From the sequence record KT919973.1: a DNA stretch of 64,000 nt; one strand, written 5' to 3'. Both the position numbers and the translations under genes were made by a program. The notes under the pieces were generated by a model that saw only the letters and a program-made list of their open reading frames with translations, had not been told where the DNA came from and did not search any database. Of this stretch, positions 55,073 to 63,351 are shown one piece after another; positions within the stretch are counted from its first letter, which is position 1, and every line of letters begins with the position of its first letter.

Positions 55073-56449
55073 TTGATAATTGAATACGTTATGTCTGCGA
55101 CGGGTCATGCTCGTCTTGGTGCAGCACATAAACTAATGGACGTGGTTGACACGTCCTATTTGCGTAAAATACTAGACGCAGCACAAGATCTCGACGGTGT
55201 TCATAAAATCAGTATGTTGTATAACGCATACACTGAAAAGAAAGTCGGTAAGCAAATTAAAGACTTGTTCGGTGATTCTGTATACAAGATTCATGTCGAT
55301 TCTGGCGGTCTTCAGATTGTTAACTTAGGTCTAGAGAATACACCAGAACTTCGTAAAGCAGTTTACGAGAATCAAGCAGAGTCTGGTGATATTGGCATGT
55401 GTTTCGATGAAATCCCGTTGCACAATGAAGCACAAGGTGGTGGTTCTGCTCGTATCAACACGAAAGACAAGGTCTTCATGTATGATCTAGCGTACAAATA
55501 CGGTGTTAAAACAGGTAAGAACATACGCGCTCAGATTGAAACATATCTTGAGAAAGAAAGCGATTGTAAACCGTACATAATCTTACAAGGCAACTCAGAC
55601 GATGACTTTAAGGCATTTAGTGATGGTATAATGTCACAACTTGAAGGCGTTGAGCATCACATTGCTGGGTGTGCTGCTGCCGATACATGTATTGGTAATG
55701 GCGTGCGTGAGTCTATTGACATGATGAGTGTCATTCCGAAGCTCAATATCCCAGATAAAGCAAAGAAATCTGTGCATATGCTAGGTGTCGGTTCTGTTAA
55801 GCGATTGTTGCCTGCTGTAGCTCTTATCAGAAGCGGTTATTTCGGTGATGATTTTCACATTAGCTACGACTCATCAACTCACACTGGTTGTTTAACCAAT
55901 CGTGAATACACAGATAAGCTCGGTCGTCGTCGTAAGATCTCAGGTCACGGTATCTTTAAAGATGGTAAGAAATTACCGTCGCGTGAACTAGATGAAATGC
56001 TAGATGAAGTGTGGGGTCGTTTCGGTCATGTGTTACCTCGGGGTAAAGAAGAGTTCAAAGAGTTCGCAACACGATTGTGGTTGAAAGAACTCGACAAAGA
56101 AACGATGACAGACGAAGATATTGTGTTTGAAGTTGCTTGTAATATGTGTATAATCTTATCACAAGTCAATAATTTCCAAGCAATCATCTCCGAAACTCTT
56201 GACTTGAATACACCGAAAGCAGTTGACTTATCATCATTCTTCGGCGGGGTTGTAGAAGAAAAAGAACCACAAGAAGGGTTTAAGAAATGGTCTTCGATTC
56301 GTCGTCTAGACGTTTTAGATAAACTACTTGATGTGAAAGACGTTGCTGCATATCAGCGATGGCACGCAAGTCATATTGACAAGCTACCATCTATGCGTAT
56401 TCGTCGCGGTACAACTGCTGAATTCCCAGCTTTCAAAGAACAAGAATAA
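55073..56449 (+). CDS. dpdA: TGT-fold deazaguanine transglycosylase (DpdA/DpdA2-like, probably DNA-targeting)
   Basis: Probable TTG start at 55073 after GAGG; HVDSGG, MCFDEIP, ILQGN, HMLGVG and SYDSS motifs; embedded in the folE/queD/queC/queF cluster. Confidence 0.75.
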   Translation: MIIEYVMSATGHARLGAAHKLMDVVDTSYLRKILDAAQDLDGVHKISMLYNAYTEKKVGKQIKDLFGDSVYKIHVDSGGLQIVNLGLENTPELRKAVYENQAESGDIGMCFDEIPLHNEAQGGGSARINTKDKVFMYDLAYKYGVKTGKNIRAQIETYLEKESDCKPYIILQGNSDDDFKAFSDGIMSQLEGVEHHIAGCAAADTCIGNGVRESIDMMSVIPKLNIPDKAKKSVHMLGVGSVKRLLPAVALIRSGYFGDDFHISYDSSTHTGCLTNREYTDKLGRRRKISGHGIFKDGKKLPSRELDEMLDEVWGRFGHVLPRGKEEFKEFATRLWLKELDKETMTDEDIVFEVACNMCIILSQVNNFQAIISETLDLNTPKAVDLSSFFGGVVEEKEPQEGFKKWSSIRRLDVLDKLLDVKDVAAYQRWHASHIDKLPSMRIRRGTTAEFPAFKEQE

Positions 56450-56450
56450 T

Positions 56451-56488
56451 AAAATGGGTTGACAATTGTCAACCCATTTTTGTATAAT
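56451..56488 (+). promoter_or_regulatory. Terminator/early promoter cassette
   Basis: AAAATGGGTTGACA-AT-TGTCAACCCATTTT; TTGACA (56459) and TATAAT (56483). Confidence 0.8.
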
Positions 56489-56519
56489 GCATATTGGTTA
56501 CATTTAAGAGAAAAATATA

Positions 56520-58178
56520 ATGAGTAAAAGCGATTACTATGTGTATCTGTTAATAGACCCTCGAACAAATAAAGTATTTTATGTAGGAAAGGGTAGGAAT
56601 GAACGTGCTAAGTTTCACGAATCCGAAGTTCGTCGAGATATTTCAAGCAACCGAGTACTAAATTCAGCAAAGAAAAAAGAAATTAACGACATCATCAAGA
56701 GTGGTTATGATGTCGTTATTAAAATAGTCAAAGACAATTTAACTGAAGATCTTGCATTCGGTATCGAATCGAATCTCATTGAATCATTTGGTATCGAAAA
56801 TCTATCAAATGCAGTACGCGGGCATCATAGAGAAAATTGCGAGCGTTTTAAACTGTCAATGTCATTCGACTCTGAATTGTCATCTATATATACAACAACA
56901 CTGTACAACGTATTCAATCGAGCATTTTCGAATGACTACAATGGTAATAAGTGTCAATCTCATTTAATTTCAAATCATAATGTACTAAGAACAATGCTCA
57001 AAGCAGTCAACATGATTGACAATGACGGTATGTGGCGTAACACATCGCGTACAGTATTATGTGTTGAATGTATTGAAGTTGTTTACCTTGCATATATGTT
57101 AGGTGCAGATATGAGTAAGATAACATTTGCCACATCGTCATTAAAAAAAATTGAATGGGTTTCAGAACGATTCGGTATTAGAACACAATACAATGTATTA
57201 GGAGCAGTCATGGAAAAATTTGACGTGTGTATTATGAATCCACCATACGAACGAACACAAGGGAAACTGTTTGTTGAGAAATGCATGGAATATGCGCATG
57301 AAGGTGTTATCATCGGGTTAGCTAACTTAGTTATGGACTATTGCAAATACACACGCGGTACGTCGCAGAAAAACCCAGCGCAAAACTTTTCACAAACGTT
57401 ATTAGATCGTTCGCGTGAAATTTACATGACGAATAACACGCTCGTAGACGGCACGACTATTTTCAGCGCAAACATGAAGAACATGATTATAATTGCCTCA
57501 TGGGATGCAAATGAGACAAATTCAACAAAAGTAATCAACTATCAAACGGGCAAGCAAACTGTTGTGAAACGAGGTGAACGAGTCTCTTTCTTATTAGATC
57601 AAAAGAACAAAGAAATAGTTGATTCCCTGCACGAAATATTCAAAGAACGTAAGCCTTTAATTGCTGACGATAATGTACAACTTTTCCAAAAAGGTCGTAT
57701 CGTTGATAATGAACGTTTCAAAGGTATCAACTCGATCACGTACCCGATTCATGTTCAACTATGTTCTGCCGAAACATCACCGGCGTCTGGTGGAGATAAA
57801 ACGACTCAAATCGGTGCGTTAGATAGTGTATCTGCGATGATGTTTAACAAAACATTCACTCATGATAAAATAAACAACTACAAAGACATTCAATCACGCA
57901 TTGAAGAAGAACAAAGAACAATCAAACGTGGTAGTTGCGAGAATAACCCGTTAATTGCCGCCTTCAAAACAGAAGAAGATGCTAAACGAATGTTCGATTG
58001 GTTTAAAAACCCATTGATATGTCTATACGCTCTTCATACTGATTATATGCAACACGGGTATGGTATCAATACAGTCCCTATGCCATTCTGTACAATCGAA
58101 GAATTGATTGATATGGCGGGGTTGACACAAGAACACATAGAATACGCACAAAAAGCATATGAGGGTTATGCGGAATGA
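56520..58178 (+). CDS. GIY-YIG nuclease fused to an amino-methyltransferase catalytic half and a TRD-like C-terminus
   Basis: YVYLLIDPR...FYVGKG...R..H...E...N; KFDVCIMNPPY (motif IV); no recognizable intact motif I. Confidence 0.7.
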   Translation: MSKSDYYVYLLIDPRTNKVFYVGKGRNERAKFHESEVRRDISSNRVLNSAKKKEINDIIKSGYDVVIKIVKDNLTEDLAFGIESNLIESFGIENLSNAVRGHHRENCERFKLSMSFDSELSSIYTTTLYNVFNRAFSNDYNGNKCQSHLISNHNVLRTMLKAVNMIDNDGMWRNTSRTVLCVECIEVVYLAYMLGADMSKITFATSSLKKIEWVSERFGIRTQYNVLGAVMEKFDVCIMNPPYERTQGKLFVEKCMEYAHEGVIIGLANLVMDYCKYTRGTSQKNPAQNFSQTLLDRSREIYMTNNTLVDGTTIFSANMKNMIIIASWDANETNSTKVINYQTGKQTVVKRGERVSFLLDQKNKEIVDSLHEIFKERKPLIADDNVQLFQKGRIVDNERFKGINSITYPIHVQLCSAETSPASGGDKTTQIGALDSVSAMMFNKTFTHDKINNYKDIQSRIEEEQRTIKRGSCENNPLIAAFKTEEDAKRMFDWFKNPLICLYALHTDYMQHGYGINTVPMPFCTIEELIDMAGLTQEHIEYAQKAYEGYAE

Positions 58179-58678
58179 CATACAGCGATACGAATCGTTA
58201 TTCAGATGATGTTAGCTTAGAGCGTCGAAAGAAGACAGGTGAAGTATTCACCCCTCTGAATTTCGTTGATTTCATGATCGATCAAAAAAAGCATTTACTG
58301 GAAGCTGGTAAGACATGGTTCGAGCCAAGCTTTGGTGACGGTAATATAGTTTGTCGTATAATCGAACGCAAAATTGATATCGGCGTCGAACCATTACAAG
58401 CAGTTCGAGATGTATACGGTTGTGAATATATGAAAGACAATTATGAGTGTACTCTTCAGAGAATACGTGATATAGTAGGCGAGTCCGATGAACTCGAAGA
58501 GATAATGTCTAATAATCTAGCATTTTGCAACACGTTAGACAAAAACGACCGAAGCGAAGGTCGTGAATGGCCTTCTTGGTTGTTGCAGCTAGACAGAAAA
58601 TGTCTAAGAGAATCAGGCGGGCTTGCGAGTTTTTTCGATTCAAATAATGAAGGTAAAATTAATGACATCAAATTATGA
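58175..58678 (+). CDS. SAM-binding half of an amino-DNA methyltransferase
   Basis: RRKKTGEVFTP (motif X), WFEPSFGDGN (motif I), VYGCE (motif II); no NPPY; ATGA-coupled to 56520. Confidence 0.7.
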   Translation: MTYSDTNRYSDDVSLERRKKTGEVFTPLNFVDFMIDQKKHLLEAGKTWFEPSFGDGNIVCRIIERKIDIGVEPLQAVRDVYGCEYMKDNYECTLQRIRDIVGESDELEEIMSNNLAFCNTLDKNDRSEGREWPSWLLQLDRKCLRESGGLASFFDSNNEGKINDIKL

Positions 58679-59573
58679 TGAAGTATCAGCTATTGCGGCT
58701 GAGCATTTAGGTAAAAAAGCTGGCGATTACAGCGATTTCGTTAATATCGTAGACGTTCGACCAGATTTACTTGTACCCATCCCGCGTGAGCTAAATCGAA
58801 CTGATTATGGTATCACAAACGAAGATTTTGCAGGTTTTGATACATGGCATGGCTTCGAAGTATCGGCACTGACTGAACAAGGTCTGCCTGTATCTGGTAT
58901 GGCGAAAGTCGTGTACCCGAGCGATTCACCGAATATCGTTGAAAGTAAATCAATGAAACTGTATTGGAACAGCTTCAACATGGCTAAAGTCGCTGCGACT
59001 CGTGCTGAAGTACAAGGTGCAATTGAAGCTATCGCGTCGCGTGATCTATCTGAAGTCATCGGTGCTGAAGTACAAGTGAGCTTCTTCACAGTCAGATCAA
59101 CACAACCGCACGGTATGACAGGGTATGCAGAACTCGACAAATACGTATCTGAAGACACTGTATTCGACTCAGAAAGCGGTGCAGATGCTGATTTACTGCA
59201 AGAATCTCACGTGAAGCGCATGAAAGTGTTCACGCCGAATCTACGTTCTAACTGTCGCGTGACGCATCAACCAGATTTCGGTGATCTGTATGTATACATG
59301 AAAGGTGAAAAAACACCAACTATTGACAGTCTCATGCAATACATCGTGTCATTCCGTAAAGAGAATCATTTCCATGAAGAATGTGTTGAAATGATTTACA
59401 AAGCGTTACTTGATAAGTTCGACCCACAAGAGCTTATGGTAACAGCGTTATACACACGTCGCGGTGGTTGGAATATCTGCCCAGCACGTGCAACGCATGA
59501 AGAACTACTACCAGAAGCACTTGGTAGTGAAGTTGTCTCGCACACTAACGGAAGTTGTTTATTCCGTCAGTAA
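58662..59573 (+). CDS. queF: NADPH-dependent 7-cyano-7-deazaguanine reductase (two-module type)
   Basis: ESKSMKLYWNS, LRSNCRVTHQPDFG, FHEECVE and YTRRGG. Confidence 0.93.
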   Translation: MTSNYDEVSAIAAEHLGKKAGDYSDFVNIVDVRPDLLVPIPRELNRTDYGITNEDFAGFDTWHGFEVSALTEQGLPVSGMAKVVYPSDSPNIVESKSMKLYWNSFNMAKVAATRAEVQGAIEAIASRDLSEVIGAEVQVSFFTVRSTQPHGMTGYAELDKYVSEDTVFDSESGADADLLQESHVKRMKVFTPNLRSNCRVTHQPDFGDLYVYMKGEKTPTIDSLMQYIVSFRKENHFHEECVEMIYKALLDKFDPQELMVTALYTRRGGWNICPARATHEELLPEALGSEVVSHTNGSCLFRQ

Positions 59574-59628
59574 TAAGAGCTATGATGAGTGTTCAATTGT
59601 GAGCACTCATATACTTGAGAGGTTAAAA

Positions 59629-60345
59629 ATGAAAGTAGTATCTGTTCTAAGCGGTGGCTTGGACTCAACAATCCTTACGTACAAACTAGTAGATGAATAC
59701 GGCAAAGACAATGTGTTTGCATTATCGTTCTACTACGGTCAAAAACAGTCAATTGAGCTAGAAAAAGCTAAATTGACTTGTCAAAAGCTCGGTATCGAGC
59801 ATCGTCTAATCGACATCTCATTCTTAGGTGAAGTGGTAGCACCTGTATGTGCAAATATCGCTGGTTCAGATGTTGCTATGCCAACTATTCAAGACGTTCT
59901 AGGCGACCCTCAACCGCCAACTGAAGTTCCATATCGTAATATGCTATTGAACACTATCGCGTTCTCATTCGCGCAAGCAAATGGCTGTGCAGCGGTGTTT
60001 ACTGGCATTCAAGTGCATGACGCATACGGTTACTGGGACTGCACACAAGACTTTCTTGACGGCATGAACAATCTATCTGCACTGAATCGTCAACACGAGA
60101 TTGCATTACTTGCTCCGTTCGCTCGTATGTCAAAGGCAGATGAAATCGCTATTGGTGTTAAGCTCGGTGTACCGTTTGAAGATAGTCTAACGTGTTACGA
60201 CCCTAACGAAGCAGGTGAAAGCTGTGGTAAATGTCCGTCATGTGCTGAACGCATCATGAACTTCGGTAAAGCGGGTATTAAAGACCCAGCACCTTACTCA
60301 ATTGACATCCCATGGGAACAAGTATTTGCTAAGGCAGGTCATTAA
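59629..60345 (+). CDS. queC: 7-cyano-7-deazaguanine synthase
   Basis: LSGGLDST, YGQK, VPYRN, YWDC, TCY and CGKCPSC. Confidence 0.95.
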   Translation: MKVVSVLSGGLDSTILTYKLVDEYGKDNVFALSFYYGQKQSIELEKAKLTCQKLGIEHRLIDISFLGEVVAPVCANIAGSDVAMPTIQDVLGDPQPPTEVPYRNMLLNTIAFSFAQANGCAAVFTGIQVHDAYGYWDCTQDFLDGMNNLSALNRQHEIALLAPFARMSKADEIAIGVKLGVPFEDSLTCYDPNEAGESCGKCPSCAERIMNFGKAGIKDPAPYSIDIPWEQVFAKAGH

Positions 60346-60953
60346 TGTGTGGATTATTTGCTGCTAGAAGCAAGCAAGAGCTTATTGAATTATCAAAAAG
60401 CAATATTCATCGTGGTTCGCGTACTCACTCTGTGAGTACGTTTAAGAACGGTCATGTGACGGTTCACAAGTTTACAGGGGCGTTCAATACAACTAATGTG
60501 CCTGATAGTGCAGATTTTTATATCTGTCATGTACAAGCACCAACGGGAACAAGTGCTCAAGCACATCCCGCTATTGTAACAATTGAAGAGAACGGTCAGT
60601 TGCATGATTCACACGTGTGGCATAATGGCATTCTTAAAGATCATTACATGAAAAAACAGACTCAAGAATGGGATACTGCACACATCGCTGAAGCGATTTG
60701 CTACGGCAAATTAAACGAACTTGACGGTACGTTTGCTTGTTTTCACTTCATTAACGGCAATTTGCGTGTATTTCGTAATGAAATTAGCCCGTTGTTCATG
60801 AGCGAAGACGGTACATCGTTTAGCAGCACGCGAACGATTTTAACTCCAGAGCATGTTGAGCCAAATAAAGTGTTTAACATCGACTTGAAGACGTTTAAGA
60901 TGACAGTCGTAAACGAGTTCAAGACTCTTGAAAATCCCTATTTCTTTATGTGA
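60345..60953 (+). CDS. Class II glutamine amidotransferase (QueC-associated Gat)
   Basis: N-terminal MCG, HRG, HVQAPT, HP, WHNG and DGTF; TAATG-coupled to queC. Confidence 0.8.
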   Translation: MCGLFAARSKQELIELSKSNIHRGSRTHSVSTFKNGHVTVHKFTGAFNTTNVPDSADFYICHVQAPTGTSAQAHPAIVTIEENGQLHDSHVWHNGILKDHYMKKQTQEWDTAHIAEAICYGKLNELDGTFACFHFINGNLRVFRNEISPLFMSEDGTSFSSTRTILTPEHVEPNKVFNIDLKTFKMTVVNEFKTLENPYFFM

Positions 60954-60963
60954 GGTTAAAAAC

Positions 60964-61239
60964 ATGATTGAAGTGAATATCGACGACTTGCTGAAAAATG
61001 GTAAAGTCACATTTGAATTTGAGAAAGCAGATGGTTCTATTAAGACTGTAACTGGTACGCGCAATCTCGATTTCATCCCTGCTGAGTTTCACCCGAAAGA
61101 AAAGCCTTTAGCTGAAGGTGAGACAAAGCCAGAGAAAACAGAAAAGCAAAAAGCGACATGCGGTTACTTCGATCTCGAAGCTAACGGCTGGCGTTCGTTC
61201 AAACGAGCTAATTTACGCGAAGTGAAATCGTTTGACTAA
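60964..61239 (+). CDS. DUF2693/WYL_2-like SH3-barrel protein
   Basis: VTFEFEKADGS...GT, YFDLE..GWRSF. Confidence 0.75.
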   Translation: MIEVNIDDLLKNGKVTFEFEKADGSIKTVTGTRNLDFIPAEFHPKEKPLAEGETKPEKTEKQKATCGYFDLEANGWRSFKRANLREVKSFD

Positions 61240-61441
61240 TGACCCGTTTGCTGAACACTTGCGCGTCGGACAGTGGATTATTCACAAGAAGACGGGCAAT
61301 GTGTATACAGTAACGAGTAAAGGCAAACTCAAGTTCGACGGTAAGTGGTACAATGCTATCACTTACACGAGCGAACTAGGCGACGTATACACAAGAACAT
61401 ACGACGACTTCCGCGGGTTTGAACTAAATAGTCCGCACTGA
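61232..61441 (+). CDS. Hypothetical protein
   Basis: 69 aa; HKKTGNVY. Confidence 0.65.
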   Translation: MTNDPFAEHLRVGQWIIHKKTGNVYTVTSKGKLKFDGKWYNAITYTSELGDVYTRTYDDFRGFELNSPH

Positions 61442-61535
61442 GAGACGGTCGCAGTGCGCTGATAAAACAGCGATCAACAAATAGGAGTGATGGGCCCTAA
61501 CTCATCAAATCATCAACTTTCGTGAGAACTATATA

Positions 61536-61742
61536 ATGGCTACAGAAAAAGAATTACTCGATGACGTGAATAACTTCTGGATTGGTTGGGACCAACGTGG
61601 TCCTGAGAGTCGAGATTATGACATCGAAGATGGTAATATGCGCAAGAAATGTCGTGAGTTTGAAGAGCGAAAGAAAGCTACAGACGAACGCATTGCAGCA
61701 TTTGAAGCAACACGAAACAAATACAAAAGACGAGAGAAATAA
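61536..61742 (+). CDS. Hypothetical protein
   Basis: 68-aa charged ORF. Confidence 0.6.
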   Translation: MATEKELLDDVNNFWIGWDQRGPESRDYDIEDGNMRKKCREFEERKKATDERIAAFEATRNKYKRREK

Positions 61743-62080
61743 TGACACTTAAAGCACACGCAATGGGCGAACAAATCATCATCGACACTAAAGCAGTTAA
61801 AGAAGGTGAAGAAATCAAATCTGAAGGTGGTATCGTTCTCGGGCGTGCTACTCAACCCGAAGTTCCGCTTCACGGTATTGTGATTTCTGTCGGCGAAGAC
61901 GTAGACCAAAACGTCATCAAAGTAGGTGACAAAGTTTTATTACCACTAGGTAATATCAAAAACGTACCTGACCCACGCATTATCGAAGGTATCATGAAGC
62001 AAGACGACCAAGATCGTGCGCTATGGGTACATACGCATTACAAAAACATCGCGGCTGTATATCGCGACGACGAGGCATAA
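61742..62080 (+). CDS. 31: Capsid-assembly co-chaperonin (GroES-like)
   Basis: A.GE.III, EEIKSEGGIVLG, G.VISVG.DV, KVGD.V and H...I.A. Confidence 0.85.
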   Translation: MTLKAHAMGEQIIIDTKAVKEGEEIKSEGGIVLGRATQPEVPLHGIVISVGEDVDQNVIKVGDKVLLPLGNIKNVPDPRIIEGIMKQDDQDRALWVHTHYKNIAAVYRDDEA

Positions 62081-62082
62081 CA

Positions 62083-62472
62083 ATGAACGACAATCTTAGA
62101 CTAATTGAAGTATCAGCAACTGGCTACTACAGCAACGCGACCGCAGCACACACGTGCTGGGTTACGGCTGAGTTTGTTGAGAAATATGAAGATGCGATTT
62201 GCGCATTTAGCTTTTATTTCAGTGACCTAGACGGTAAACATTCTGAAACAGAAGCTGAAGTTTGCATTCATGAAGAACAGCGCGATATGGCACTGGCTTG
62301 GAGTGAGTCTCAAGGCGAAGATTGGTCAATTACTGAAATCATGTTCGATCATGAAGCATTCGAGAGCGATGACATTGAAGAAATGATCAGCTTGAACGAA
62401 GACATGAACAACACGATTGAAGTCAAGACACAAACAGTCATTACAATCGGTACTGAAACTATCATTGTATAA
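62083..62472 (+). CDS. Hypothetical acidic protein
   Basis: ATG at 62083 after GAGG. Confidence 0.7.
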   Translation: MNDNLRLIEVSATGYYSNATAAHTCWVTAEFVEKYEDAICAFSFYFSDLDGKHSETEAEVCIHEEQRDMALAWSESQGEDWSITEIMFDHEAFESDDIEEMISLNEDMNNTIEVKTQTVITIGTETIIV

Positions 62473-62500
62473 AAAAAAGGGAGCAATTAGCTCCCTTTTT
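62471..62500. terminator. Bidirectional terminator
   Basis: AAAAAAAAGGGAGC-AATTA-GCTCCCTTTTT. Confidence 0.85.
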
Positions 62501-62501
62501 G

Positions 62502-63008
62502 CTATTCGTCATCTCCATAACCATACTTGTTGTTGTCAAAGTCACAACGCGGGTTATTCAAGAAACTCTTTCTGTAAATCTTTTCCAATTCGCTTTTCTT
62601 CGCACCATCTGGGTACTTAATACCTAGACTGTCTAAATGTTCTTTTTGTTCTTGCAGTTTTAATCGACTGAAGATCTTAGTTTGGTCTTTTGGGTGCTGA
62701 GGGTGATAATCATTATCTGAGTAATCAGCTTCTAGGTATTCTACTAGATTTTTAAGCCACTGAATGTAATCAATTCCACGACCTTTCAAACCACTTCTTG
62801 TAAACTTATGAATCACAACGCCTTCGTAAGTATTGCACGCTCGACACAGAACGCCTCGAATATGCCCCGTGTTGTGGTCGTGGTCAGTATGTGGCGTGCT
62901 TTTCTCTTCACTCAATTTAGTACCGCACAACACACATCTGTCCAATTGATCCATGATTAGTTCATTACGGCATTCTGTCAGTTCTGATTGTTTAAGTTGT
63001 TTGCTCAT
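62502..63008 (-). CDS. 49: Endonuclease VII (Holliday junction resolvase)
   Basis: CVLC...DHDH...RGVLC.AC N..EG, KFTRSGLKG.GIDY..WL.NL..YL..DY and C-terminal K.EL helix. Confidence 0.92.
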   Translation of the reverse strand: MSKQLKQSELTECRNELIMDQLDRCVLCGTKLSEEKSTPHTDHDHNTGHIRGVLCRACNTYEGVVIHKFTRSGLKGRGIDYIQWLKNLVEYLEADYSDNDYHPQHPKDQTKIFSRLKLQEQKEHLDSLGIKYPDGAKKSELEKIYRKSFLNNPRCDFDNNKYGYGDDE

Positions 63009-63081
63009 GTTTTTCTCAAAAAAGTTATTGACTATGCTATTGTTTATATGTACAATGAGAAGGCAAATTCATATAAGGAAT

Positions 63082-63342
63082 ATGACAATGACATTGAGAC
63101 ATTTAAGACAACGACTCGAAACTCTTGCGATATGTGAATTCAGCGTCGTCGAAGTTCGATACTTTGAAGATGGTCGAGAGCGTTATATCACGCCAGAGTT
63201 CGAAATCGAATTCAACCCAGAAGTGACAATCATCATGTTGTCAGATTCAAAAGGTCGAATCTCTTACAATGAGATCGAAATAGAAAAAGAAATCGCAAGT
63301 CATGAAGAGCTTGCACATCGTGAACGTTTTTTAGGAATTTAA
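63082..63342 (+). CDS. Hypothetical protein
   Basis: ATG at 63082 after AAGGA. Confidence 0.65.
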   Translation: MTMTLRHLRQRLETLAICEFSVVEVRYFEDGRERYITPEFEIEFNPEVTIIMLSDSKGRISYNEIEIEKEIASHEELAHRERFLGI

Positions 63343-63351
63343 GGTAAAATT

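Noticed and set aside
55073-56449. Canonical tRNA-guanine transglycosylase
   Set aside because: It lacks the C-terminal CxCxxC zinc site and the overall sequence of bacterial Tgt, and sits in a phage modification cluster. DpdA-like is preferred, though DNA targeting is unproven.
2659-56488. Dispersed hairpin repeats as IS ends, REP elements or a CRISPR array
   Set aside because: They contain -35/-10 boxes and RBS leaders, sit at operon starts and have no transposase nearby, so they are better explained as promoter cassettes.
52609-61535. preQ1 riboswitch regulating the que genes
   Set aside because: No intergenic stem with the characteristic loop and 3' A-rich tail was recognised. The hairpins at 59585 and 61434 do not fit; an Infernal search would settle it.
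62502-63008. Third mobile homing endonuclease
   Set aside because: It matches T4 gp49 endonuclease VII along its full length, including the C-terminal domain, so it is a core resolvase.
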